Positions 1-12,225 of a stretch of 64,000 nucleotides of DNA are shown here, piece by piece (within the stretch, counting starts at the first letter, position 1; each line of letters starts with the position of its first letter). The stretch covers positions 124,001 to 188,000 of the forward strand of contig QPMI01000572.1 in the NCBI GenBank assembly GCA_004431415.1. The letters run 5' to 3'. Made by a program: the position numbers and the translations under genes. The notes below the pieces were generated by a model. That model had not been told where the DNA came from, made no database searches, and saw nothing but the letters and a program-made list of their open reading frames with translations. The DNA comes from Cyanophora paradoxa CCMP329 (Eukaryota > Plantae > Glaucophyta).

Positions 1-828
1 GCCCTCCTCCGGCGCGCCCTCTCCGTCGTGCCCCTCGACCCGCGCCCCGCCGGCCCCGACGCCGCCATGCGCTTCCAGGTCCCCGCGCCCCCGCCCTTCG
101 CTTGCTATCCTCGGCTCAGAGGGCGGCGCGCGCGCTCTCGCAGGTGGTCTTCGAGCCGCTGAAGGCGCTGAAGGCGAGCGCGGAGCTGGTCGTGGCGAAG
201 GCGAGCGGCGGCCGCTGGCGCTTCGAGCTCGCCCTCGAGGCGACGGCCCCCGACGTGGACGACGTGATCGTCATCGAGGGGGCCCTCGGCAAGCGCGCCA
301 GCGTCTCCTTCCGCCTCACCAACACCCTCGCCGCCGCCGCCCCCTTCGTCGCCTCGTTCACCCCCGAGTCCCCCGCCGAGTTCTCGGTCTCGCCGGCGCG
401 GGGCACGCTCGAGCCGCGGGGCGGAGCCGGCACGCCCTTCGTCGTCACCTTCGCGGCGACCGAGTACGGGAAGCCGCTCGTCGGGCGCCTCGTCATCGAG
501 ACGGAGGAGATGGCGTGGAGCTACGAGGTCCGCGGCACGCACCCCGGTGAGCCCGCCTCGCCTGCTGCGTCTCTCTGTTCTGTGGCTGGGCGGCTGACGC
601 GCGCGCGCCCCGCCCCGCCCCGCAGCGTACCAGCCGCCGGCGGGGCAGGCGCGGGTAGACCGGACGCTGCCGGCGGACGTCGAGGCGCGGCTGCTCTCGC
701 GCCCCGAGAAGCAGCGCAACTTCCTGCGGGAGAACCTCCAGCGGCCCCTCGGCCCCTCGACCTCCGCCCCCAAGGGCAAGGGCCCCGCCGGCCCCCCCGG
801 CCCCGCCGCCACCCCCAGCAGGCGATAG
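1..828 (+). CDS. CFAP47: Cilia- and flagella-associated protein 47, C-terminal part (5' end outside window)
   Basis: Exons 1-78, 144-546 and 626-828 splice to ...SGGRWRFELALEATAPDVDDVIVIEG...LVIETEEMAWSYEVRGTHPAYQPP...RNFLRENL...*. This matches the CFAP47 C-terminus as I recall it (GGxWxF, DDVIxIE, LVIxTEExxWxYE, NFxREN). TAG at 826-828. Confidence 0.85.
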
Positions 829-1310
829 CGCGCCGTGATGGAATTTCCCCGCGCGTGTTTAGAAGAGACTGCCTGGATGCTCAGCGGGACCCGAGGCCTT
901 GCCTCGTGCGAGCATTCGCAGTGCGTCTACACCGAAGATAGTTACTGTGAGCAGAGCCTTGGGGTTCATGTGTGCCGAATCGAAGTCTCTCAGAGTCTGC
1001 ATTAGAAATCCTGTGCGCTGATTTTCACAATTCCAGTTTCCAGCAGGTATACGTATGATCATGATCATGAGGCCTCCTGCAGTTGCCTCACGGCTCGCTA
1101 TTGATCAGACAGGGTCTCCCTATGGCCAGCTGCACTGCGGCACGAGGGACTGTCAGCCTGGCAGGGGCCTGATGGGTTTCAATGGCATCGATCATCGGAT
1201 TTTAATAGGCTGAACAAAAGAAGTGGCCTCGAGCTCCGTGTAAATGACAAAAACATGGAATCTACAAGACTACATCCTGGGAAATGATACAAAAACCGCT
1301 CTGACGACCC

Positions 1311-1360
1311 CGGGAAACCGATGAACAAAACGCGACGGGAAACCGTTGAACAAAACGTGA
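1311..1360. repeat. Two-copy 25-bp tandem repeat in intergenic DNA
   Basis: cgggaaaccgatgaacaaaacgcga (1311-1335) followed by cgggaaaccgttgaacaaaacgtga (1336-1360), two mismatches. Confidence 0.9.
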
Positions 1361-1739
1361 GAGGCCCTGCGGGGCTCAGTGGAGTTATTTGGGGGGAGTG
1401 GCCTACTTCGTCCTAAGGCCCAGAGGGGCCAGAAGTGCTGTACTGCTGCTGCGCTGGTCATGCTTTACGGCTGCTCGTCGGTCACAATTTTCAAACATGT
1501 TTGCCTAACTGCTGCTACCTTTCAGCCTCACATATTCAAAAAAGAGTGAGCGACATACATACTCGGAAGAGAGTGCGGAATGACAGTTGCCTTACTGGCT
1601 GCATATTCGAAAAAGAGTGCGGGAATGCATCCCAAAAAGCCTCTAACACTGAATGCATCTACGCTTCGTCCAGCGAAAACTCAAAAAAGAAGCGCTCACA
1701 GGCACAAGGTCCGCAAAGAAGGGGGCGCCGCAGCTGCCG

Positions 1740-3245
1740 CTACTCCGTGCCGGCGGGGAGGGCGGCGGGCCACGGGGCGTCGCCCAGGACCGTGACCTTG
1801 GACTCAGGGGAGGAGGTGCAGGCGGCCCAGGCCGAGAAGCGCCGCGGCGCCCGCCGCCGGGGCGCCTCCGCCCCCTCGCCCTCCCCCTCGGCCTCGCCCT
1901 CGGAGAGGACGGCCGAGGCGGGCGGGGAGTGGGGCGCGCGGGGGGCGCGGGGCGGGGCGTGCGGGAGGGCGCCGTGGCCCGCCCAGAGGCAGGCGGCGTG
2001 GAGGGACAGGGCGGAGACCTCGAGGGGGCCCAGCCCGGGCTCCAGGTCGATCCGCTCGACGCCCCACACAGCAACGAAGAGAGCGCCCAGGCCGAGCAGG
2101 AAGAGCGTGTCCACGGCGACGAGCCACGGCAGCGCGGCGCGGCACAGCCGCTCCCGCCGGCCGAGCCCCAGCAGGCGGTGGGGCGGCGGGGTCGGGGGCG
2201 TGGCGGGGCGGGCGGCCGCCTCGGGGAGGTCTTTTCGCCGCCCCGGAGGCGGCGGAGGAGGCGGCGGAGCGGGGCGGCGAGGCGGGCCCAGCAGCCGGCG
2301 AGGCGGCGCCGCCCGAGGCGCGGGGAGACCACCCGCAGGCCGCACACGATCTGCACCTGCGCCCGCCCGCCCGCCCGGCTCAGCGCGGGCCCTGCGTCCC
2401 GGGCCCGGGCGGGCGGGCCGGCGCACCCACGCGAGGAGGAAGAAGAGGCCGGCCGCCGTGTCGTGCGCCCGTCCTGCCGCCGGCGGCGTCGGCGTCGGCG
2501 CCGGCGGGGCGCGCGCGCACGAGAGCGGCGGGGCGGGGGCGGGGCCTCGGACCGTGGGGCAGGCCGAGGGTGACGGCGAGGGCGACGACGGTGGCGAGGC
2601 CGGCGAGGACAGTGGCACGGAGGGCGCGGGCGGGGCGGCCGGCGGCGAGGGCGCGGGCGCAGAAGACGGGGATGCAGGCGGCGAGGAAGGCCAGCGCGAC
2701 GGCCCCGGAGGCGCGGAAGGCGGCCAGGCCTCGCCCGTGCGGCCCGTCCGACGAGCGCTCCGTGAGCGTCCGCAGGTGACCCACGCGGCACGTCCGCGGC
2801 AGCTCCTTCGCCGGCAGGTTCACGCACGGCGCGACCTGAGGCGCGGCGGCGGCGGTCGCGATCAGCGGGCGGGGAGCGAACGGACTCGGGAGGGCGGGGC
2901 GCTCGCCTCGGTGGCGACGATGACCGCCGCGACGGCGAGGACCGCGAGCGACTGGAGTGCCATCGTCTCGAGCAGCGCGCGGCGGACCGCCGCGAGGCAC
3001 GCGCGCGCGCGGCCGCCGCGGCGGGCGCCGACTCCGACCGGCGCGCCGCGGCGGCGGGCGAGGAAAGAGTCGGCACTGGGACTTGTCGGGATGAGGAGGA
3101 CGGCGGAGGAGGAACCCACGGAGTTTGCGGGCGAGAGGGACCACGCGGCCGGCAGCGCCGTGTCGGGCGCCTCCGCGGCCGTCTCGGGCCGCCCCGGCGC
3201 TGCGTCATCGCACGCCGAGGTGGACTCATTCGGGCCCGCGTCCAT
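1740..3245 (-). CDS. Hypothetical multi-pass membrane protein (intron-containing)
   Basis: Hydrophobic segments in successive minus-strand exons: LQSLAVLAVAAVIVA, GAVALAFLAACIPVFC, TVLAGLATVVALAVTLGL, AAGLFFLLAW, WLVAVDTLFLLGLGALFVAVWG, LEVSALSLHAACLW. No family recognised with confidence. Confidence 0.55.
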
Positions 3246-3824
3246 CCCCCGCTGCCGCTCTTATCGCCGCCGGATCGGCGCCGGGAGCGCAATTGCCCGG
3301 CACGCGTGTCGGCAGCGACTCGGCGGCGAGTCGACGCTTGCGGCTTGCGCATGCGCAAGCTGCACGCGCTGCAAGCTGCGATCGATATCGTACCCGGAAG
3401 TGCAAGCGAGTTGCACTGCTTCTGGTGACGACACGGTTGCGGACGTTCCATGCTTGTCGGAACAATGGGCGAACTTGTGCGCGGTTACGCGGAGAGCGCG
3501 ACATGAGACGCTCAAATGATGTCGCATAGAGCAGCCGCGCTATCGCTGGAGCGTCGTGGCGCCGCGCGTCGTGGTCTCTGCGGGAGAGCGGGCTCAAGTT
3601 CAAAAAAGTGGGCGGGGGGTCTGGCGAACACCTGATTGAGGTTGCGCATGCGTTGAGCGCTGTGAATTCGAAGCAGCCTGGGCGCTGCGCGCGCGCGACA
3701 GGAGTGTCGGCGATAGGGGGGGGCGGAACTTGAGAGGGGTACTTTGGCTGTATCGTCGGTAGTTCCGTCGCGCCAGGCGTGGCGCTGCAATGAGACGATA
3801 GCGATCGAAAGGATAGCAAAATAA

Positions 3825-6800
3825 ATGGCGTTCCGAGCGTTTCTGCCGCCGGAGGCGATTGCCGCCGAGGCGCGAGCGACCGGCGAGCTGACGCAAGCGC
3901 CAGCTCCAGCAACGCAGCGAGCAGGCAACGACAACTCCCCGCGGGCGGGAGCTGATGGCCAGCTCGACGGTCTCAAGGGAAGAGCGGCCGCGCGTTTGCA
4001 CCTGGCCTCAATCAAGTGCGTCTGCCCCTGCACCTTTACACCCGGTCTGCACGTGCATCAGAATTATAACGTGTACGCACTTCGGCGCAGGTGCGAGTCG
4101 AACCCCCAGATGCACAGCCCCAACATCATGCGCGGGAACGCAATGCGGCCTGCGCGTGGTGACCGCGGTGTGGAGAACAGGCGACTTGCCGCCAAGTCTT
4201 CCAGCTCGCCGCTTTTCGACTCAGGCAAGCGTCTAGCTTCTTCTTCGTAGCTCTCGCCACTCGGCACCGTCGGATCGCTAACGTCCCCGTTCGACTTCTG
4301 CTTCTAGGCCGCATCGCGAACGTGCTGGAGGACCTTTTCGACTCGAGCCGCCTTGCGCACACGAAGGCGGGGATGGAGGGAATGCACCTCGACAGCGTCG
4401 ACCTCAGCTTCGCAGACAAGGAGGCCGAGGACTCCTTCACACGCGCGACGGCGCTCGTCGGCCTCGGCCGGTGCAGCACGGATCTCGCGCGAGCGAGCGA
4501 GCGGCCCGCCCCGCCCCGCCCCGCAGCTCACGACTCGCCCCGCTCGCCCGCTCGCGCAGGAGCTTCCTCGTCTGCAGCCTCGCGCTGCTCCTCGCCCTGG
4601 CCAGTGCGCGTACCCCCCGCGGCCGGGAGCGCCCCCGCTCACCACGCGCCCCCGCAGCCACGGCGGTGGCGGTCCTCGCGCGCCACTGGGACGGCTGGCC
4701 CTACCGCGCCGCCCTCTGCGGCGTTCTCGCCCTCTCCGCCCTCCTCTTCCGCCTCCGCCCCGGCGGCCGCGCCCAAGTGCGCGGGTACCCCCCTCGCGGC
4801 CCGCCCCCGCCCCGCCAACCTCGTTCGCAGGTCGCCCTCTTCAACTTCGGGCCGCCGCTCGCGGCCGTCGCCGTGTCGGCCTTCGCGCTCCTCGCGCGGC
4901 CCTCCGCCCTCCAGTACTCGGTGCCCCGCCCGCCCCCGCCCGCCCGCCTGGCCCCGCCCCCGCCCCGCTCACGCGGGGGCGAATCCGAAGGGCATCCCCG
5001 TCGCCGCCGTGCTCGCCGTCTTCGCGCTGGTACCCTCGAATTCCCCGGCCCACGGACCCACCCGGAGAACCCGACCGGGCGCGCAGGCGCGGGCGCTGTC
5101 GCTGTACGCGGCGGCGTGCGGGCTGGCGGTGGTGGGCGTCCTGGCGTGGCGCGCGGCGGCGGCGCTGGAGCTCGCCGCCGCCGCGCGCTTCGCGCTGCCG
5201 CTGCTCGAGGGCGTGGCGCTGCTAGTCTTCGTCAAGCGGAGCGTGGAGCGCATGAGCCGCCGCAACTTCTACCTTACGCGCGACGCCGAGCAGGCGCGCG
5301 CGCCCCGGGCCCCGGACCCCCCGTCAGCTGCCTCCCCGCTGACTCGGGCCCGGCGCCGCGCCTCAGAAACACGCGGCGATTGCGTTGGAGGAGGAGCGGG
5401 CGGCGAGCATCCTCTCCAACATCCTCCCCACCACGGTACCCCCGCCCGCCCGCCCGCCGGGGCGTGCACTGCGCGGGGCGGCCGGGCGCGGCGAGCCGCG
5501 CGACGCAGGTCATCGAGGCGGTGCGCGAGGGGCGCTCCGGAGAGCTCTGCCGCCGGTGCGCCCCGCTGCGCCGCCCGCCCCGGCCCTCCCCTCCCGAACG
5601 TTCGTGTACCCCGCAGGTACTCGAACGTGGCTGTGATCTTCTGCGGCGTGGCGGAGCCGCCCCGTGCGCAGCAGCCGTCGCCTTTGGGCCGCCGCCCGCC
5701 AGCCGCCCGCCCCCTCACGCGCGCGTACCCCCGCCTCCTCCCTCGCAGAGACGACCGCCGACAACGTCGACGAGGTCCTGCCCAGGTACCCCCCCCCTCG
5801 ATGCTTTCTCGTACCCCCGGCGCCCTCCGACCGCGTACCCCCGCAGCATCAACGAGTTCGTCTCGAGACTCGAGGAGCTCTGCGACATCCACGGGCTGTG
5901 CGCGGCGCCCCAGCCGTTCCCTCCCGTACCCCCGCACCGACCCGGGTGCCCCCGCGCCGCAGGGAGAAGATCAAGACGATCGGGTACACGTTCCTTGCCG
6001 CCTGCGGCGTCCCCGAGGAGATCGAGGTCGGCCGTACCCCCCGCCGCCTTCCCTTCTCCTTCACCGCCCCTCACTCGGGCGCCGGGCAGGCGGAGGCGGC
6101 GGCGGCGGCGGCCGGCCGCTTCGCGTGCGACGCGCTCGACGCCGCCCGCGCCTGCGGCCACCTCGCCCGCGTCGGCGTGGTACCCCCCTCACCCACTCGC
6201 TTTCTGTACCCCACCCGGCCCGCCTGAGGGCTCGCCGCAGGCGATGGGCCCCGTCGTCGCGGGGGTAGTCGGCGCCCGCCTCTTCTACGACATCTTCGTA
6301 TCCCCCTCCCCTCCCCCTTCTTCCCCCTACCCCCTGATCCTCCGTGCCCCCAGGGAGACACCGTCAACACGTCGCACCGCATGTACAGCCGCGCCAGGCG
6401 AGCTCGTACCCCCCCCCTCCCCCCCGCCCTCCGCTCCGGCCCCGCCAACGGCCCCCCGCCCCCACAGCCCGGACTGGGCGCTGGTGCCGGAGCCAGTGCA
6501 CACGGCCCTCCTGCGCGCCGAGGCGAGCGCCCTCGAGAGGGTGCGCGTCCCGCTTGCCCTTCGTCTATCTCGTACCCCCCTTCCCCTCACGCGCCGGCCG
6601 CAGGGCGCCCCGCGCCTCTTCGAGTTCTCCGAGCGGCGAGAGGTCGAAATCAAGGGCAAGGGTGCGCCGCCCCTCTCCCCTCTCCCTTTTTCGAACAGGC
6701 GGGGCTGAGGGCCGGCGGGGTACAGGGCTGATGGCGGTCTACGACCTTCGCCCCTTCTGCGAGGCGGCGGGCACCGACTCCTCGTCCTCCGCATCCTCCG

Positions 6801-7459
6801 CCTCGGAGGCTGGGGACGCGGGGGAGGAGGCGCCGGGGGCGGGGGAGGAGAAGGCGGCGGCGAAGGGCAGCGAGGGGGCCCCGCCCGCCGAGGGGCAGGG
6901 GAAGGGGGAGGGGACGGAGGAGTGGATCCTGCCCCCGCTAGAGGTGGGAGAGGCGCCCGGCCCGCCCCGCGCCGGCCCCGTCCCCTGGTGCCGTACCCCC
7001 CTCCACTTCTCCCCCCCGCCCGTCTGAGGGGACGCGCAGCCCGCGGACGCCCTCGTCCTCCTCGCTGGGCTCGTCGCTCGGGAGCAAGGGGACGCCCAAG
7101 GGGACGCCGAAGGGGACGCCGAAGCTGACGGGGCTGGGCCCCGGGTGGAGCCCCTCGGCGACGGCGACGGCGGCCCGCGCGCCCCGCTCGCCCTCGATCA
7201 CGCGCCCGCCGCTCCTCCTCGCCCTCGCCTGCGACGGCAGGGAGGTCGCCGCCGCCGAGGCCGCCGCGGCGGCGGCCGCCGCGGCTGGGAGTGAGGCCAT
7301 GCAGCCCATCGCCGAGTCCCCGCGCGACTCGGCCGCCGGCGCCGGCGCGGGTGCCTTCCCGGCCCCGCCCACGCTCGGCCGCGCGGCGGGCCGCGAGGCG
7401 GAGGCGGCGCTGCACGCCGCGCCGGCCCCGGCCACCCTGGGCCGCGCGGCCAGGCGCGA

Positions 7460-7498
<39 letters not shown>

Positions 7499-10400
7499 CG
7501 GGCTCGAGGCCGTGCCGCCGCTGGAGATGGCGCCGGCGGCGGGGGCGGGGGCGCGGAGGCCGCTCAAAGAGACTGATCGCTCGCTTGCCGACTCGTCGCG
7601 CTCCGTGCGCTTCGAGGAGGGCCCCGCGGGGCCCGAGCCCGAGCCCTTCGACGCCGCCTCGCCCCGCTCGGAGGGCGCGGGAGAAGAGACGGAGCAGGGC
7701 GGCTGCATGGGTCGCTGCTTCGGCCCGCGGCGCCCGCTGCTCGCCCGAGAGCGCGGCCGCGGCGGCGGCGGCTTCCCCTCCTCGCCCCCCTCCTCCGCCT
7801 CGTGCTGCCCGCGGGCGGCGGGGGCGCTGCGCTGGCTGCGGAGCCGTTCGGCGGAGCTGGCGGAGCTGGCGGCGGAGCTCTCGCACACGGCCGGGGGCGG
7901 CGGCGACCGCGAGGACGAGATCGAGCTCGCCGCCCGCGCCGCCGCCGAGGCCACCATAGGCGAGCCGGCCCCTTCCGACCCGCCCCCCGACGGTTCGATC
8001 TGATGCGGGCGGGGGCGCGCATGCGCAGCGTCGCCGGCGATGAACCGGAGGCGGAGCCAGCGGCAGGGCGGGCGCACCTCCCTCCCCTGGATCGACGCCC
8101 GCAAGGTGTGTTCGTGTGTGTCAGAGGGAGAGAGAGAGAGGGATTTGATCCGACGAGGGGCGATATTGTGCGCGGCAGATGTCGAACCCGCGGCGCTGGT
8201 CGCACGCGGCCTCCTCGGAGCACGGCGTGCCCTCCGAGCTCGACAGGCAGGGCGAGGAGGCGGAGGCGGCGGCGGCGGCGGCCTGGGGCTGGGCGCCCCT
8301 CGCCCGCCTCGCCGCCGCCGCCGGCCTGGCGCCCCTCTCCCGCTGCTCGGCCCTCTGGCACCTCACCTTCGACGACCCGGGCATCGAGAAGGTCCCCCCC
8401 CTTCCCTTCCCTTCCCCGCCCTCTGACGGGGCGGCAGCGCTTCTGGCACCGGCGCCTGCTCTACGCTCTCCCGGACATCCGTACCCTCCTGGGGCTCGTG
8501 CTCTTCCACTGGGTCGCCCTCTGGCCGGCCCTCGACTGGTGGGCCGGCGGCCCCGTCCTCGTCCTCCGCCTCGCCGCCCGGTCCGCCCTCTACCCTCCCC
8601 CCTCCCCTCCCCTCCTTTCCTCTCCTCCGCTCAACGTGCGGGGCCAGGCTGGCACTCATGGGCCCGCCCCTCGCGGCGGCGCTGGTCCTCTCCTACGCGC
8701 GCCCCCCGCTCTTCGTGTGGGCCCTCCGCCCCTGCGCCGCCGGCGTCGCCCTCCTCCAGGTCCCCGCACCCCCCTCCGCTCCCCCCGCTCCACTTCTGAG
8801 GCGTACCCCCCTGCAGGCGGGGTACCTGGCGTTCCTGGAGCTCTTCGCGGACCCGAAGTGGGGCGGGGCGCTGGCCCCGCACGACAGGGGCCTGCCCCTC
8901 GCCGAGCTCTGCAACGTCCTCCTCTTCTCCCAGTGCGCCCTCCTCCCCCCCCTCTTCCACTCGGCCCCTGAACCGCGTACCCCCCCCCCGGCAGCTGCCT
9001 GCCGTCGCTGACGAACGTGCGCTGGACGGACGTGGCGGCGCTCGACATCGCCCTCCTCGGGCCCGCCGCCGCCGCCGCCATCCTGTACCCCGACGGGCCC
9101 TTCCGCGCCGCCATTTTCGAGGTGCGCGTACCCCCCAGACACCGGCCCCGGTCGCCTGGCGCGATCCCGTACCCAGCTCGTCGTGGTGGCCTTTCTGGGG
9201 GTACTCTCCGCCTACCTCTTCGAGTACGAGTGCCGGTGCGACCGTAGCCCCCTTCCTTCTCTCCCCCGGCCACCGTTCCCGACCCCTCGTACCCCCCAGG
9301 CGCGAGTTCGAGCTCTCGGACGAGTCGCGCGCCAAGAGCATCACCCTCCACCTCGACAACAAGGTGCCGCACCCCTGGAAACATTCCTCCTCCCCCCCCC
9401 CCCCCCCCCCTCCCCTGCCCCTCTCTTCCGCATGAAGCCTTAACGCGGGCGGCGGCTGCGCAGGAGACGACGCGGCTGCTGTGCCTCTGCCTCCCGGACT
9501 CGGTCGCCAGGGTGCCCCCGCTCCCTCCCCGCTCTCGTGAGCCGGGAGGCGAGCCGCCCCGGGGCGCAGGCGGCGCAGGCGGGGCGGCTGACGATCAAGG
9601 CGCTGACCATCGCCCACTTCCCCTCCGTCGCCGTCCTCTGCGCCGACATCGTCGGGTCCGCCGCTCGGCTCGCCCGGCCGGGGCGCGGGGGGTACAGCGT
9701 CGGACCTGAGCGGCGCGGCGCGGGCGCGCAGGTTCACGCCGCTGAGCAGCACGCTGACCCCCGAGGAGCTCGTCTCGTGCGCCCCCGCCCCCGCTTCGCC
9801 CCGCCCCGCCCCTCGATGCCCGCCCCGCCCCGCCGCGCCCTGCCCACAGGGCCCCGGCCCCGGCCCGCCCCCGCAGGGCGCTCTCGGAGCTTGTGACGCG
9901 GTGCGACCAGGCGGCCGAGCACCGCGGCCTCTGCCGCCTCAAGGCGCGCCCACCCCGCCCCGCCCCGCCCCGCTCTGCTCTCCTCACAGATGTCTTCGCT
10001 CCCCTCCCCTCGCCGGCCCCGCCTGACCTCGCGCCTCGCCCCCCCGCAGCTCGTCGGGGACGCCTTCTTCGCTGTGGCCGGCCTGGAGCCGCCGGCCCCC
10101 GCCGGGGACCAGAAGGAGGCCGGCGCCGCCTCGGGGGCGGGGGCGGGGGCGGGGGCGGTGGGGGCGGAGGGGGTCGCCTCGACCGTCGACCTCGCCCTCG
10201 ACATCGTCGAGGTCTTCCAGAGCTACGTGCGTGTACCCCCCCGCCCCCGAGGCGCCCCGAAGCGGGAGCACGCCCCGCTGACCCCGCGGGGCCGGGGCCC
10301 CGGCCCGCCGCAGAGCCTGGAGACGGGGCGGAAGCTGAACGTCCGCATTGGCGTCGCCCTGGGGCCCGCCTCCGGCGGCGTCATCGGCAACAAGCGCTGG

Positions 10401-11451
10401 CCCGCCCCGCCCCGCCCCGCCCCGCCCCGTACCCCCTCGCCTTCTCCCCCTCACCCTCGCGGGGGGTACAGGTGCTGGGACCTCTTCGGGGACGCCATCG
10501 ACGAGGCGATGCGCCTCGAGGCCGGCGGCGTCGCCGGCCGCGTCCACGTGCGCCCTCAGATCAGATCAGATCCGACCCGATCTGATCTGATCATTCCCCC
10601 CCCCCCCCAGGTCTCGGCGGCGGTGAGGGCGCTGGTGGGGGGCCGCTTCGGGTTCGAGGCGGTGACGGCGGGGCCGCCCTCGCCGGGCCCCCCGCCCCCG
10701 CACTCCCGCCGCTCCTCCCTCGCCGTCGCCGAGGGCGCCTCCCAGCGCCTCCTCCGCGGGCCCTCGCCCCCGGGCCCGGGCCCGGGCCCCCTCTCCCCCG
10801 CCTCCTCCGCCGGGGGCCGGCGGGCGAGCCTGGGCCCCGCGCTGGAGGGCGGCCTGCGCTCCCTCGCGGCGGAGGACCGGGCGGTGGGCCCCGCCGCCTC
10901 CGCCTCGGACGGGGAGGGGGCGGCGCCCTCGGTGGAGGCGGCGCTGGCGGCCCTCGACGCCGCCGTGCCCCTCGCAGACCTCCTCGCCCGCTCCGCGTCC
11001 GATCGCGAGGGCGAGGCGCACCGGCAGCCGTCCCCGTCGCCGTCGCCGGGGCCGGGGCCGCTCGCCCGCGCCCCCTCCGCCACCGCCCCCGACGGGCGAA
11101 CGTTCCTCGTGACGGGGCGCGCGCGCTCCTCGGGGCGCTCGGAGGGGAGCGGGCGGGGCCTGCCGCGCTCCCTCACGGACGGCGCGCTGGGGAGCCCGGC
11201 GCTGAAGCCCCGCCGCCCCGCCTCCCCGCACGTCCAGTTCGGCGGCAGCACGGTCCGCCCGCCCGCCCCCGATCCATCCCGCAACCCCCCGGGCTCCGGC
11301 TCCGGTCTCATCGTCTCGCGCGCGGCAGATGCGCGGCTCGGCGGTGTTCGAGCCGCTCGACTCGGCGCGGCTCGACTTCTCGGGGGCCTTTGGCCTCTTT
11401 GGTGGCGGCGCGCGCCGCAACTCCGCCGACCTGGAGGCCATCACCGTGTGA
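3825..11451 (+). CDS. Membrane-bound class III nucleotidyl (adenylyl) cyclase: TM block, cyclase domain, TM block, cyclase domain
   Basis: Spliced domain 1 (about 5617-6750): YSNVAVIFCGV...INEFVSRLEELCDIHGLEKIKTIGYTFLAACGV...GPVVAGVVGARLFYDIFGDTVNTSHRM...EIKGKG. Domain 2 (about 9610-10660): VAVLCADIVGFTPLSSTLTPEELVS...CRLKLVGDAFFAVAGL...VRIGVALGPASGGVIGNKRWCWDLFGDAIDEAMRLEAGGVAGRVHVS. Each domain is preceded by an LxFxD..E motif and several hydrophobic helices. TGA at 11449-11451; start codon uncertain. Confidence 0.85.
10559..10592. repeat. Perfect 14-bp inverted repeat (hairpin) inside intron 10548-10610
   Basis: gatcagatcagatc (10559-10572), 6-nt loop cgaccc, gatctgatctgatc (10579-10592). 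Confidence 0.9.
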
Positions 11452-11556
11452 CCCCCTACAGCTAACAGCTAATTCAATCGTATCTGCCTTGTATCCTGTC
11501 TCAATCGTATCTGATCTGAATTAGAATGTGTGGTTTAGAGGACCTGACTCAGTGAA

Positions 11557-11799
11557 GGGCAATTCAAAGCTAAGGGGCATCACAGCACTTTTATTGGAAC
11601 GGGAAATATATGCGAGGCGGCGCTGGCGGCCCTCGACGCCGCCGTGCCCCTCGCAGACCTCCTCGCCCGCTCCGCCAGCGCTGGCCCCGCCGAGGCCGAG
11701 GCCGGTATATATTTCGAATTAATATTCCCGTTCCAAAAAAAGTGCTCCATCACAGCATCCCGTTCCGATCGGGCAATTCGAAGGGGCATCACAGCACTT
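11557..11799. repeat. 62-bp duplicated exon fragment bracketed by inverted and direct repeats
   Basis: 11614-11675 is identical to coding sequence 10935-10996. Inverted repeat of 22 bp with one mismatch at 11584-11605 and 11725-11746. Direct repeats gggcaattc...aaggggcatcacagcactt at 11557-11590 and 11771-11799. Confidence 0.85.
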
Positions 11800-12225
11800 G
11801 TTCGATCAGAGGACTCCATCGATATCATTGCAATTGTGTGACCGCTGATCTAGATCTGTACGCATGTGATCATGACAGCTAACATTTATTCGTGTAGATG
11901 TACATGTGCTGAGCTCTGCTATGCGTAGTGCATAGTGATCCGGAGCCGTTAGATCCGGAAACAGCGGCACGTGGGGAGGGGGGCAACGCCCTCCTTGCCT
12001 GGCCGGACTCTTCCCTGCCCTCCCTTCCTAAGATGAGCAGAGTGCGGGGACGAGTCGAATTCGAAGACGTGAGAGCGACGTCGAGACGTGCACGTGATAT
12101 AATGATATTTTCAATGCGCGATGCGGAGACGGCCAGCTGCAGCTGTTGGGTTTCTAGCTATAGACCTGCAGTCCAGTCTACAGCGGTGAGCGCAGAAGAA
12201 CGACGTTGAAATCAAAGCCAGTACT

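Noticed and set aside
1311-1360. Possible CRISPR-like repeat
   Set aside because: Two adjacent copies with no spacer, no cas genes, eukaryotic context.
7461-7497. (GCG)n run and similar trinucleotide tracts
   Set aside because: Ordinary poly-Ala coding microsatellites in low-complexity linkers.
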